Below, in pieces: positions 27,617 to 40,500 of a stretch of DNA of 64,000 bases. Source of the stretch: Phoronis australis (taxonomy: Eukaryota; Animalia; Phoronida); assembly GCA_002633005.1 (NCBI GenBank), contig NMRA01000222.1, forward strand, positions 401,635 to 465,634, written 5' to 3'. The translations under genes were made by a program, and so were the position numbers. Each line of letters opens with the position of its first letter. Positions within the stretch are counted from its first letter, which is position 1. A model generated the notes under the pieces. The model worked only from the letters and a program-made list of their open reading frames with translations, was not told the origin of the DNA and made no database searches.

Positions 27617-27895
27617 TCAAGAAATACTAGAAAGGCGCTGTGAACATACATAGGCAACGGAACGTATGGATAGTTCTTTGGTAAGCAGGAATTCGTCAGA
27701 GAAATCACTGTCGACGAAAAGCCGGCCACAGACACGGAGATGTTTCACGGCCTCATACTTGCTATTAACGGCATACCTTTCATTTTTTACTACCGCGAGC
27801 CAATTCCTAAGCATTTCGGGCTCTCGAGGAAGTCGAAAAAACGATAAACCCGCTTTCGGACAAGCGGGAACCGATGCACCGCACTATAGCGGCAT
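27617..27895 (-). pseudogene. Decayed THAP zinc-finger domain (transposase-derived relic)
   Basis: MPL*CGASVPACPKAGLSFFRLPREPEMLRNWLAVV...HLRVCGRLFVDSDF follows the THAP pattern (C..C, FxFP, W, RVCSxHF..DF). It has an in-frame TAG at codon 4 and Leu in place of the zinc-binding His. Confidence 0.65.
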
Positions 27896-29729
27896 TCACT
27901 CTGCAGACGAACCACTGACGTTGCTGCGACGCTTCTCACCTTCCTCACAGGTTAACGCGACACCTCTCGGCAAGGTGAGGTCGACCGTATAAGAGGCAAT
28001 GTAGATATAGACCGATTAAGACGGTCAAAAAGACTAATTAAATCGGGTTAATTAGGTAATGAATTTTGCTCTTTGGAGGTAGGGTGACAGAGATTTTCCG
28101 AATTTCAAGCCAGCATTTAAGTTCACAGAAGCATCGCCAGTTTCCTACGGGATTAAGTTGTTATGTCCGTTAATACGTAATTATGTAAATCACCAACCAA
28201 ATAACACTTGCAGGGTGGGGGTGGGCTGGTTCAGGCTAAGAAGCCGAGGTACTTTGTGATTAAAAAGCCGCGAGCAACTGATGAAGTGTAATCTGAGATA
28301 AAATTTGTGCAATTTTGTTCAATACATTTGTGGTTTTTATTCATGCTTTTTATTGTGGATGATTTTACCACATTGGCAGCCACGTGTGCATGACCCGATA
28401 CTCACCAGCTGGCTATTTCGAAATGTGTATTTCCTGTAGCAGCTGGTATAATTGTAGAAGTAACTATTGAACAGAACAGCTTTGTCGTTCTCAAATCAAT
28501 GACACCATGTTTCTTGCCAAACTATTGAAATGTTTTCTCACGCAAAACAATTTTCTGCAGACTTGTGCCAAAAAATCAGTCTGTCGTCAAAGCAATATGA
28601 ATACACCTGAAGACAACTCGTGTCTATAGAAACGCCCCATAAATTTAAACATTGAAAGCAGTATTACATACGCGGGGGAATAAAGGGTACCAAAAAGGCC
28701 AAATTATATTTGTTTCTGTTATATGTCATCTTAAAACATTACACATACATTCAGATTAGGGAATTTTACATCTGTTATTCATGTCACACTGGAAAAGGTG
28801 ACGACTTTCACAAAACTGGTATGAACTGGTATGCATATACGGACAATGATTTCAATGTCTAAAAATGGAAGAAATCAATCAACCGTCTTATGGGCACAAG
28901 TAGATAAACGAATAAATTCTTTGAAAACAGGCTTACCGATGGCGACATGCCTAATCAAGATCATTACTACGTTTATGTTCACAGCCCACGTTCCCGTATG
29001 ATCATCATTACCAGAGAAAACAAACATGACTGAGGTACAAGCTACATGGCTTATCTATAAGAGCTGGTATTTGCGATCGGTCAAAGTGAAACGAATGTCA
29101 GGGTGATACTTTACAGTTATTACAGGGTTTTGGCTGCCGACACACACCTAAATGGAGAAGAAGCCTTTTCATCACGAGTCTGTGAAAACAATAAGTTTTG
29201 TAGTATTCCCAACTCATAAGCACTACTCACGATTACTGAAATTTAATTATGCTACACATTTTTGATACGTTAATTCACATCGCAAAAATTGAGGCCTAGA
29301 AAAATGGGACCAAACAACACCAAATTTGACAGTTTTCTCCCCAGAATTAGGCCTACCACTTCCTTGCAATTGCTGAAAAAATCTGACTACAGATTCAGAA
29401 TACTCGTTCTCCCTAGATTCTAAAAATGTGGTCATAGTACACTCCTTACTACTGTAGATGCCCGCTTGGCAATTTTGATCTCTTTGACAACTGCCTGAAA
29501 TCCCACCAGGTTTCTCAGTCAGCAGGCGACAGGGGTTGAAGGCAAAGTGCAACCACCATTTTGCATCAGAAGTAGGTCACGGCTAAAAAAAACTTGTCTT
29601 TTCTCATTCAGCAAAACATTCAAGCAAGTCAGCTTCCTTGAAATTATTTTCAACGTATTCCTCAAAACAGCAGCCGAACCTGATGCAGCCTAACTTTTCA
29701 GTACTACCCAGGCTTTGTCATAATCTAAA

Positions 29730-30122
29730 CACGGGCGGCGTAGCACTGAAATAAGTGAAGTAACCATGATCACCTGCGGTCCCCCTTGTATCAATAGTCT
29801 CTATGTTTTATTCTTAGTAAAATACATTAATTTACGTTTTAAATAAACTTGCATTGTATCTTATTTCATTGTAGGTATACATAATTCTGTTGTTATTTAT
29901 ATTGTTCTTCATAATTGTCAATATCTAGTTACTCGGTGGTCAGCTAGTAGCGGCCCGTGCCTTTGTTTTATATGATTTAAAAAATAATGGTTTCTCTCTT
30001 TCTCTCTCTCTCTGTCTCGGGGCTATAGCCCCCCCCCCTTCCAGCACCCTACGGTGCACCGCCCATGGACCGTGGGCAGCGCAGCACTGAAATAAGTGGG
30101 GGCCATAGCCTCCTCACCCCCC
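29730..30122. mobile_element. Tandem short MITE-like elements (CATGGGCGGCGCAGC / GGTGCACCGCCCATG family)
   Basis: GGGCGGCGTAGCACTGAAATAAGTG (29733) ... GGTGCACCGCCCATG (~30053-30067), then GGGCAGCGCAGCACTGAAATAAGTG. Related copies lie at 40289 and 41658. Confidence 0.55.
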
Positions 30123-31206
30123 TTCATCCATTTCTAACACATGTTATGTCAGCAAAGTTTACGACTATTGGGAGGTACTAGTATTTGTGTTCGCTTCCGA
30201 AACCAGTCAACACTTCATTACTGTGTAGACCGGGATTTCAACACCTGTGCTCAAAGTAACAAGGTTGCCTTCATGCAACCAACCAAACCCAGATGGTTCG
30301 AATGCTTGCTACTTTCGCAAAGCTACGTAGTGCCCGAGTGAACAGGGGTGGACGATCGGTCGTCATCCCCATAGCAGCGTTCTTAAACCAACGTTCTACA
30401 AGCAGGTAAACTGCAATGGGCGACATGCACCCAGAGATGTGCAGACGCTTATACAGATCACAATCTCGGCATGCCGCTCACTCGCCAAATATGGCAACCT
30501 AATCAAGAACACTCGTTCTGCAATGTAATGAATGCTTTGAGCATAAATCATTCAGGCGACCGCTGAGGTAGTCAGGCAGTTGTTTATCCGGTGAAATTTT
30601 CAATGCATGTACACTGACAGAAATTCCTCGCCCGCTTTTTCGTAACTTTATGGTATTTGTATCGTTGGCTAATGGTTGTTACGTAATTATCACCTTGGTA
30701 GAATACCGGAAGAGCAGCCGGGTGTTTATTCACCGGATAAGTTATTTATATCGAAGTTATTTATCTAAGCAGCTATCGTCATTTGCTTGTTATATCTAAT
30801 CAGAAAACAATGAGTTTTGCGAGAAGCTATTTGCCATTGTTTCAGTAAGCAATAACAGTTGAGAGATAAATCTTGCTGAAAGAGCAGTTCGCTTTATCAT
30901 TGGTTTCACTGATTTATTCCACATGCAGTTTTTTCTTAACATACAACGATGGTGGCTACCTTTTATTAACTGCTAGAGAGACAGCAATTCATTTCAGATT
31001 TAGCACGACACTCAGTAGTTAGGCTGATGTTGTGCTGTTGCAGTTTCCGCTTGATTTTCCTGGTTTGCAATATTTCTTCAAAGTTCTCAAGTGCCAAAAC
31101 AACTTTCAACACACAAATTGCTTCGAGACATAGATGTCATAAAGGAGACAAAACAATTACATTGTTAGCCGCTTTTCAAAAGCTTTTTTCTTAGATACGG
31201 TTGCCT

Positions 31207-31328
31207 GGTCACGTGACCTCATGGTAGCATCCCCACATTGCCCGTTTTGGAGGTAAACTAGCTTGTGACGTCACTGCCCCCTAGCGACTGAATTGCTTTC
31301 ATATATAAGGCACTGGGCACTATTTAAA
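31207..31328 (+). promoter_or_regulatory. Putative paramyosin promoter: palindromic E-box, CRE, CTCF-like site and TATA-like boxes
   Basis: GGTCACGTGACC at 31207-31218, TGACGTCA at 31266-31273, CTGCCCCCTAGCGA at 31274-31287, TATATAA at 31302-31308 and TATTTAAA at 31321-31328, all ~90-210 nt upstream of the ATG. Confidence 0.55.
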
Positions 31329-31418
31329 CCATTTAGCCAAGCCTTTTCGAAGCCAGTCTGCCTTGAGTGTCCGTTGTCGAATTTTTCTCTCTGGACTCCA
31401 TTTTATCAGCGGTTTGCC

Positions 31419-31502
31419 ATGGATACAGAACGTATGATTAAAACAACCAAGACGTATCACATCTACCGTGGAGTGTCTCCAACTTCCACCAACAGGATGG
31501 AG
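31419..31502 (+). CDS. Prm: Paramyosin exon 1 ([28 protein letters not shown])
   Basis: gccATGg start, donor GTAAGA, IYRGVSP head motif. Confidence 0.9.
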
Positions 31503-34500
31503 GTAAGAATTTTCTGTACCTTAACGCAGATGCTCATTGCTATGTTGGCAATGAAAACGAAAGGTGTGCCATTACTTGCAAAAGGGATGTAACTCAGGGA
31601 AGGCTCACCAATAACTTAGGTTCTTCGACACAAGTTGAGTACTTACGGCCGGTGTAAGACGCCGCAACCATGGATTACTAATCCCTGTCACCGAATATAA
31701 CTCCCTCAATATATCACTAACTGGTTTGTTTTTGGATATCAAGATTACGATAACGCCAGGAAGGAATTTTCAAGTTAAGAAGAATACAGAAAACAAGTGC
31801 TGCATGCGAATAGGACTGTTATTTATTACTAGTTTTGGACACGTTGAACTATTGGAATGCCGCTTAACAAAGCCGCTTCCCTCTAATGAGATAATTTCGG
31901 ACTATATTATACCAATCAGGATGAGTACTTCAATACACATAACCTTCACTAAGGACAATTCTTTGTATGGTATAGACTAGAACGGTACACAAGCGCACAG
32001 CCTTTGTGCAATATGCCATAAAGTTTATGCTAGCACCAGAGCGCAAGTGATTTTCATTAAAGCGAAATATGCCAGTAGGTGGGAGTTGGCTTACAAGAAC
32101 CAATAGGTTTAGTATTGCTTTACCGCGTCTGAAGTATGCCCGACGAGTCCTCACCATATATGTCCATTGCCAGCGCCGACTGTCTGTGTTTACGTTAACA
32201 TTCAATGTTCACTTTTGCTAGCCGCAAAACCAAACAAGTTGAGGTTGATGTTGTTTTTGAATTTTTTGAGCGAAAACATTTGATTTAATTTCGGCAGAAG
32301 CACAATGCTCGTTGGTCTGTGATCAGGATGATAACGACGTGGATGACATACCGATCGCTTACTAATTATAGATATAACGGATAACATGAATCTTGTTTAG
32401 TTTGTACAGCGGGCGTTCAGAGGAGTTAGTGGTGTCCTATTTATTTATTTTAGCACGTAATTAGGATAATAAAAAGACACGACAAAACCCGAGGAACGCT
32501 GTGCAGATGGGGTTTAAAGATGTTTGATGAAAAGCAATCAGCAATACATATCACGTTTAATGATAGGTTTGATCATAACTATAATTAATATTTAGTTTTG
32601 TCAAAGCCATGAATTAATTACGAGATTAGACTGAAATGTTGTACCGCAGTTTGTATCTTTTGTGATTGAGATTTGGTTCTGTTTCCAAAAAAATTCCAAG
32701 AGGTTTTGCCTGCCGTTAAACAGCAAAAATATAAAGGTTTAGGCGGATCCAGCGGGAGGTCCATGGGGTCTGAACACTTGTTTTTTTAGCCAAAGCGGCA
32801 AACAGAAATCGCTATTTTTATTTTTGTTCATACAGACTGCTGCGCAGATGTCACGACTCTTACTTGTTTTCTACTCATTGTTTTTGATATTAGCATTCTC
32901 TTCTGAAACCTGTCGTTTCAACTTGGACATCCCTCCCCTTTCATAAAAAGCTGGATCCGCCTTTAAAGGACGTATGTTTTTTTCAAATCGAGTGTTGTAA
33001 AGTCAGACGATTTGCATGAGTCAATATGCATTCCTCAGTCACTGCGACCTGAACAGTTTATGAGAGGAAGGCATTTGTTAAGCGCACGAGCAGTACAATT
33101 TGCAGCCCAGTGTCTGTTAAATAGCCTCGTCAGCTTAATAAAAGTCGTATAGACATTTCCAAGTGCTTACAGAAATAGACTTGAATCCAAGCCAGTAGTA
33201 ACTTGCAGTCGGTACTAATGGGCGCTTGTTCCCTTTCCGCGTTTACTCGTCTGTCGTTAGCAGTCGCTGAAAACTGGACGGTGCCATGGAACCCCGGCTT
33301 TATTCTTAATACTTAAATACTTAGAGTATGGTTAATGCATGCTTTTGCATTGCACGAACTTTACAAAAGTCTTGTATATTATGCATTTAGTCTCCCAAAG
33401 AAATTTTCTCTTGATGACTTCTTATCTTAGATTGGATTCCTATCGTGAAAATGTTAACAAGATTGGTACAGTGCTCAGAACATCTGTGCAACATTGGGGT
33501 ACATAGAAAATCATTTGATGGTGCTTTGGAACACTTTACCAAGATTAGTGTCACATAGAAGCGAGTCTGTTACTCATTCGTAAAACTCTGAAACTGATAG
33601 ACCCCAGCAAATGGATCAGAAATTTCTCTGGTATGCTCAATTGTACATTCAGTACTTAACGTTTTACACTTGAGCTCTTGCGTTGTGTCCGACGACAAAA
33701 ATTTGCACTTCAATTAAAGATTGACATTTATAGTGCCGAGATAAGGAATACGAGTTCAATGTACGAGACCAGTTTTAGTGCTGAATCCGTAGTGTTACAA
33801 ATCTCTGCCAGAGGTCGTTGTAGTCTAACTGCAAAGGTAGTGGGGTGGGGGATGGTATATACACCTGTATCAGTAGCGTGTTAGCACTTCGGTGTAGTTC
33901 TGAATTCGCTTTGGCACATTATGTGACAGAAATCTTCTGTAGAGCAGCATGGCATTAAGGGAATGTATATCTGGATAGATCACGCTACACTACTTGGTTT
34001 GATATTATTTTCTTCAGATGCTCAATCCTCAATAAACGTGGTGTTCATTAGGTCCTACTCCCGTCGTTTTGACATCCAGGCGTCGATTGGGAGTCAACAG
34101 CAAGTTATGAAACGATCGACCTCGTTTTGGTTGACACTAGAAATCTGCAGAAGCCTAAGGGCTTTCAACTCGCCATTAACCACTTATGGTCCTTTAAATC
34201 ACACTGTAAAGTCTCGGAATTCGCTCAATATTGAATAGTTTTTCTTTAAATTTAGCCAACAGCGGAAGTCGGCACTTTTTCTGGTCCTCCCGTGTTTCGT
34301 TTTGTCAGATTAGCAAGATATTTTGGTGGGGGATCACGTGACCAGAAACACGGAATAACGTGAGATCGTACAAGGTTCATAAACTCCTTCCCAGTTACGA
34401 CTTCAACATTAAAACCATGAAATTGACAGAAACTTCACTTGTGGTTGTTATGAACTGCGGTCACGTTTTTGAGTAGTGAATCAACCCTGTCGTGTCTTTT

Positions 34501-37500
34501 TGTCAATGATTTTACTCGTCGATGCAATTAGGGAATGGAATCAAATTTCCACAGACTAGTTGAAGCAGAATGGTTTGAGACGTATTTTGTTGGAATGGTC
34601 CAGTCACGGCTTCACATATTTTTGCATTTTAGGCGGAACGTGTAACGGAAGTATTACCATTAATAACTTTGAGAGACCCAATCATTTCATTTGCAAATTC
34701 ACCTTCTTGTTCAAATGAATGAGATATTTTTGTGGCAAAAGATAAATTCGCCTCCTTGTTCAATTGAAAGAGATATTTATGTGGCAAAAGATAAATACTA
34801 TAAGAGAATAACATAAATTATTTCGCGACCACTGATAATACGTTCTCCGACAGTGTTACAAAAACAATCTGTGAATTCTGTTTTAAGGTGATGTTGACCA
34901 GAAAGCCGTGAAACATCCATCGCTTTTCATTGATGCCGTGACCATCAGGTGTCGCTGTACATGTAACTGATCTGACCAATTACAATCTGCTGAAACCATA
35001 AACCCATGGTTGTGTAAACAGAACGAGCAGACGATGACAGTAAACCACGCCCATTGACGAAAAAATCAGATGCAAGAAGCATCTGTGGCCGCATAATAAA
35101 AACAAATATAATAGACCGATTCTTGGAGCATACCAGGTCGACTTGGGTATCAATCCATGTGACCTGACGTCACCCTCGTGACCCGTCCATATTTGTATAC
35201 AGTAAAATAAATGTATGGTTATTTCGGGCGAAAATCAATTTTAACGTAAAAAACGCAAGACAAGTTTTACACGAAAAACAGCGCATACTTGAATGTTACT
35301 AAGTCCTTAATCACAATGGGATAGAATTTAACTATTAAATCATCCAAAAATGATACATTTTAAAACATTTTTTATAACTTGAACTGAATAGCAGTGTAAC
35401 CGACTGTTTCCGGCAAAATAAAGCTATCTTACTTTTGGCTATTGGGAAAGGGAGCGGTATTTTAACTTTTTAACACTACTTGTCGTTGTATTTTGAAAAA
35501 ATAAGTCAGTTGACCAATCCACCTTTTGGCGAGCTTAGCTAATGCTCATTGTCGACAAAACTACCTTCTGGTCCGAACATTCGTATCACTTTATCAGCGT
35601 ACAGGTTTCGATGAAAATACAACCCTGGGACTTCCGATTACACAGTTATGAGTACGACCCTTTTAACAGGGGGATTTAAGATGAGATGTCCAGCTAGATG
35701 GCTCGTGAGAAGCCTCTGGTCCCTGTTTCAATGGGCCTGAAGAGAGACCTGTCCTTGTGCTGTGTACACAAATTTTTATTCACGGAAACTTAATCATAAA
35801 TGCAAACGTTTATTAGTCGCATGGAGCTTTGTTGTCTTACGATGTTGAAGGATAATTTCTATGTCCTCGCCTCCGACTACTGTGTAAGTCAGTCACTGGT
35901 TTAGTTGGGGACCGCCGTGCAGAGAGAAAACAGGAAAAATCATGGAGAACGAACTGGAAACAATGCTTGAGGTAAAATAAGCTTGGCAACTCACGGGAAT
36001 AGGGTGGAGCGTTTCTGGTTGAATTTCAGCAGTTAGAGAGACTAATAAATTCGCGAATATGAAGCTATCCCGAAGGTTAGGCCTATATTCAATGTGGCTG
36101 GTCATTCGTCACGCCCTGAGGAAGGTAATTAGGTTTACATGTTCCTCGTCATGGTGATGAAATATGTAGATGTTTTCGATAAATTTGTCATGGTGGCTAT
36201 TCTTCATTTCGTAAAATACCTGAAAAGGAGGAAACGGCAAACAATTTGCAACTGTCGAGCCAGAAACAGTTTTCAATGCGGCCAGACGAAAAAACACAGA
36301 CCTAATCGGTTCATTTGGCTCCTACACCTGTCTTTATTTACGAGACACAAGGCTGCGTAAAAACTGTGCAAACCAATTAATTTAATAAGTCTCTAACAGT
36401 TCGTCATCTCTCATTTGCCACTTATGGCCATGATGAGTCGATCTGCCCATACTGTGGATTGTGCAAATGATACTTTTCTTCTTCTCCGCCTCGCCAAATA
36501 TAGCGCAGACGATAGGTCGAAGGTCACTACTGTTTTTTGCCTGTAAGGTGTTAACTACGACGACTAGGCAGAAAAGAATTCCGTGTTAATGTCTTTCTCG
36601 ACACAGAAAAACCAGACAGTGGTATGCCAGTCATTGAGTAGTCATCGTATTTAAGGAAATAAAACACACAAATTAAGACGGATCAGGGAATGTGGGCGCC
36701 CTTCAAAATAAGGCCAAAGGCTTACGTGAGGCAGGCTCATACATGTAAGTGTGGCACCAGGTTTGTGAATGGAAGTTATCCAACAAGCTGTTGCAGTGGC
36801 TTTTTAAGCATCACTCATTACTTGTTTTTGCTTTTCGGCTGCAACCGAGTTCACTGTCACTAATATCCAAGACGTGTTTGCAGTATGCAACAGCAATTTA
36901 CTTTAGTATGCAGCATGAACGATGACTGCCATAAACCGCCCTAAGTCCCCAAAATATATATTTTTTTCATCAACATAAATTCACGAAATTGCTTGTCAAA
37001 GTGTTAGTTATTCAAAGTAGGTGTGATTTGTAGACACGTACGCAAATGACAGTTCGCTATTTGTTGAGACCAGTGCCCGGTTGCATGAAACAGTATCAAA
37101 TAGGGACTCAACTAGTAAGTTCCCTAAATCTGCTGCGTATTTTTGGACTTGTGAAAACATCAACTGTCCTTTCTTGAATTGTTTTAGTTTCATTACTAAG
37201 TCAACTTTTGACTTTGATACAAATCGAGAGTGAACTCTATGCTGAATTGTCAATATTGTCGAGAATAACTTGGGATCTTTTCACGCAACACCCTCAATTT
37301 AAGGACTGTGTCCCTATTTATTTTCAATGAGCACTGAGCTCAGTTTTCAGTAATATTATTAGAAAATATCATTAACCAAAGAGGATCTCATAATAAAGGT
37401 AAAATTAAAGAAAAATGTTGCATTTGCGAGTCCATTAAGGCACAAATACGCAAAAAGACTTAGGGGTCTTAAGTTGAATGCCTATTTGGGACTGTTTCAT

Positions 37501-40500
37501 GCAACCGGCCATAGGGCTCTACCAGTTGAGTGGTGAACGTGTGTCATTTTATTCACCGAGCGCGTGGTCTCGAGGAATATCGAACTCTCAGTTCATTACA
37601 AGACCAAAGTCATTTCTCATCTGGGTGAGGAACAGCTTTGAAATCAATTTTATAGTGGTAAGGAGATATAAATCAAAATTCAGTTTCTTCGACGGAACGC
37701 TTAATTGTTTACTACCGGTTTACCAAAACTAATACCGTAATCCAAGGTTAGTCTCTTAGCGCATTGAATAAGCTCTGACTAGGTGAACGCCGTCTATTTA
37801 ACAGCCTAGAACACTTCTGCCGAAAGACATAAATGTGTAGGCCAGCTCAGCTATTCGACAGGTATAGGCGGGTTAGTGGGATGCCAAAAGAACGTCATTT
37901 GTGCACGTGTACGTTTTGGGAAGGCTACTACAATGTGAGCTGAAATTGTGGGGCGAAATGGCGTTAAAAGAGTTTAGCGAAAACAAACAGAAATCTGGTC
38001 GACACTCTATGTCAAAAAACGCTAATAATTTACACAATTTGAAGTAGGCTCGCTTCAAAGAAGAGGAAACGGGGTGTGTGCGTCGCCTTCACTCACGAAG
38101 GTGGGTTCAGTGCTTCCTCTAAAATTGTTGGATACATGTATGTAAGCTTATGTCTCAGGGTGCTTTATATGGTAGTTAGAACACGCTGTGCCTTGAAAAT
38201 AATCACTCCTGGTTTTTAGGTAGAGGTGCGCTCTTGAATATCTGAAAAATCTTTCATATTGCACTGAGAGAAGTCTTCTAAAAGTAGGATTTCCTGGAAA
38301 TGCACGATTTTAATTCAGTGCTATGCGATATTGGTTTTAGATAACCATTTCAGTTAAATTCGCACACGCAACATCGTTTATTGAGCCAGATGCCGAAGTC
38401 CTAGCTATCGTCACATTTTTCCTTTCCAAAATATCTGATTTCCCTAGCAGACCATCGTTTGGCACAGGTTGAAATTAATCCGCTTGATTGATGTTGCGGC
38501 AAATATTTGCCCAGGAGATAGCAATTTACGCTGTACGAATATATGTCAAAGTGAGTTCCATCTCCAATTGGTCATCCCCGGTTCACATCTCCCTGTCACT
38601 AACATTCTGCGCACGCACGACATGTTCATCTGAGCTATCATATTACGGATGAACATTGACGGCATCTTGCTGCATGGAAAAACATAGCTCCGAAATGTCG
38701 GTGAATAAGCGACTGACCACATTCACTTCGGGGCTATTTTGAAGCACAACAAATCTCAGCGTTATTCACAACAGGAATACAAGAAAAGTTACAGACCGAT
38801 AGATTTATGCAAATATTTTAAATACCTTAGGTCAACGAAGTCAACCGTGTTCTCTACTAACTTGGACTGCCCTGTTTGTTATCTAGATTTACTTCACTTT
38901 CAGTCTGAGAATAAAAGGTAAACAGACCGTGTGGTACTTAGATTTTATTACCCATAGAAAATGTAGTGAGTGTAAACAAGGTCCTCTTGTTGGATGCTAA
39001 GCGATCCGCTAGCGTTCGTAGGTACAGACTCCATTTCTACTGACATGGCAAGCGACAAGACCTATGATTTAATTGCCAATTCAATCCTTGCAAAATTGCG
39101 GAACCATGATGTTGAGTTTAAGGGCCTCAGAGCAAAAGCTACCCAGGTAGAGTATTACACAATGTGTGAACTGTAGCTACAATAGAAAGATATTAGGAAG
39201 TAGGCCGACTCTCCGCACCGGCTATTTTTTGTTGCTTAGAGGGGCGTGGTATCACGTTGTCAATTCTCAGATTAAGGTCTATGCTGAGACACTCTGTCGA
39301 GGCATGATTCAAGATTTCTCTTTTTTCAAGTCAAGTCGAGTCATTTTATTTACAGTCGATTAGTGAAACAACGAGAAAACATTACATAGTACCAGTACAC
39401 CGACAAACACGTTTTTGGTTTCAATATGTGTTAACTACGAATGGTCAACGTCTATGACAGAGTAGAAGTCGCTAAAAGCACAAAGGGGGAACAATCCTGT
39501 GTAAAGACGGAACAGCGATAGATAGGGCTGATTTGTTATTTGCTGTTACCTTGTGTGCCTAGCCATTCAGTTAGAATAGAATGTCTCAATGAGTTGTGAA
39601 CACATCCCTAAATGAGGTGTCCACTCGTGCTTGATTGCACCGGACGCGACCCGGCATAGCACTGGACACGATGTGTGTGACCGGTCACGACCTGCATTGG
39701 TGAAGGGAGAAGATGGATAGGTTGGTCAGTCATTGCTATCGGGCCAAACATATCAATTTACCTACTGATGAGGAATTCCTAGTTTAACATAAAATTCCAG
39801 TCTGTGCTAAAAATAACGCGTTGCTGGCTTGGTGATCACATTTCGCCTAAAGACTTGAGCAATCGTCTGTGAATATTGCAGACGAGACCTGATTGGTGGA
39901 AAAGGATATATCCCATATGGTCATCTTGTGAACGACACACTCATGCTTCAGCCGTTTATGAACAAATTACTAATCCATCAAATATCTCGTTCAACGTCAA
40001 ATAGATGTCGATTCATGAAGTTAATTACCGTGAGGTTACCACAACAACAAAGCTCAGTGCAACGCCGACCTGATGTCACTATTTCACAAACTGATATGTC
40101 AACGTACATTGTACTTTTCACTAATGATGTCTTCACTGCCGTAAACCGAGATCGACAGAAAATTTATAGACGGTATTCCCTTTCAGTGTTTTGTTGTTGA
40201 GAATATTGTATCAATATAAACTAATCGTAGCAACAATGACGACAACTGTAACAAAGCAATGATACAGACCACAACAATTACAATAATACATGGGCGGCGC
40301 AACAGTGACCAGGCCCCCTGTAGTGCACCGTCAGTGGACCATGGGCGGCGCTGCACTACGGTGAGCCGCCCATGTAAATGATAGTGTCAATGATGATAGC
40401 TACATTGACAATCAAGTGCGATAGCCATGATTATACTTTTCCCTTATGTTGTCATTACCATTCTAGTTTTCATTACCTTTTGTTCCTGCAACCTATTTTC

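Noticed and set aside
19996-31200. Numerous short 60-100 aa ORFs in the intergenic region
   Set aside because: Apart from the THAP relic, they show no recognisable motifs or consistent splice structure and are expected by chance.
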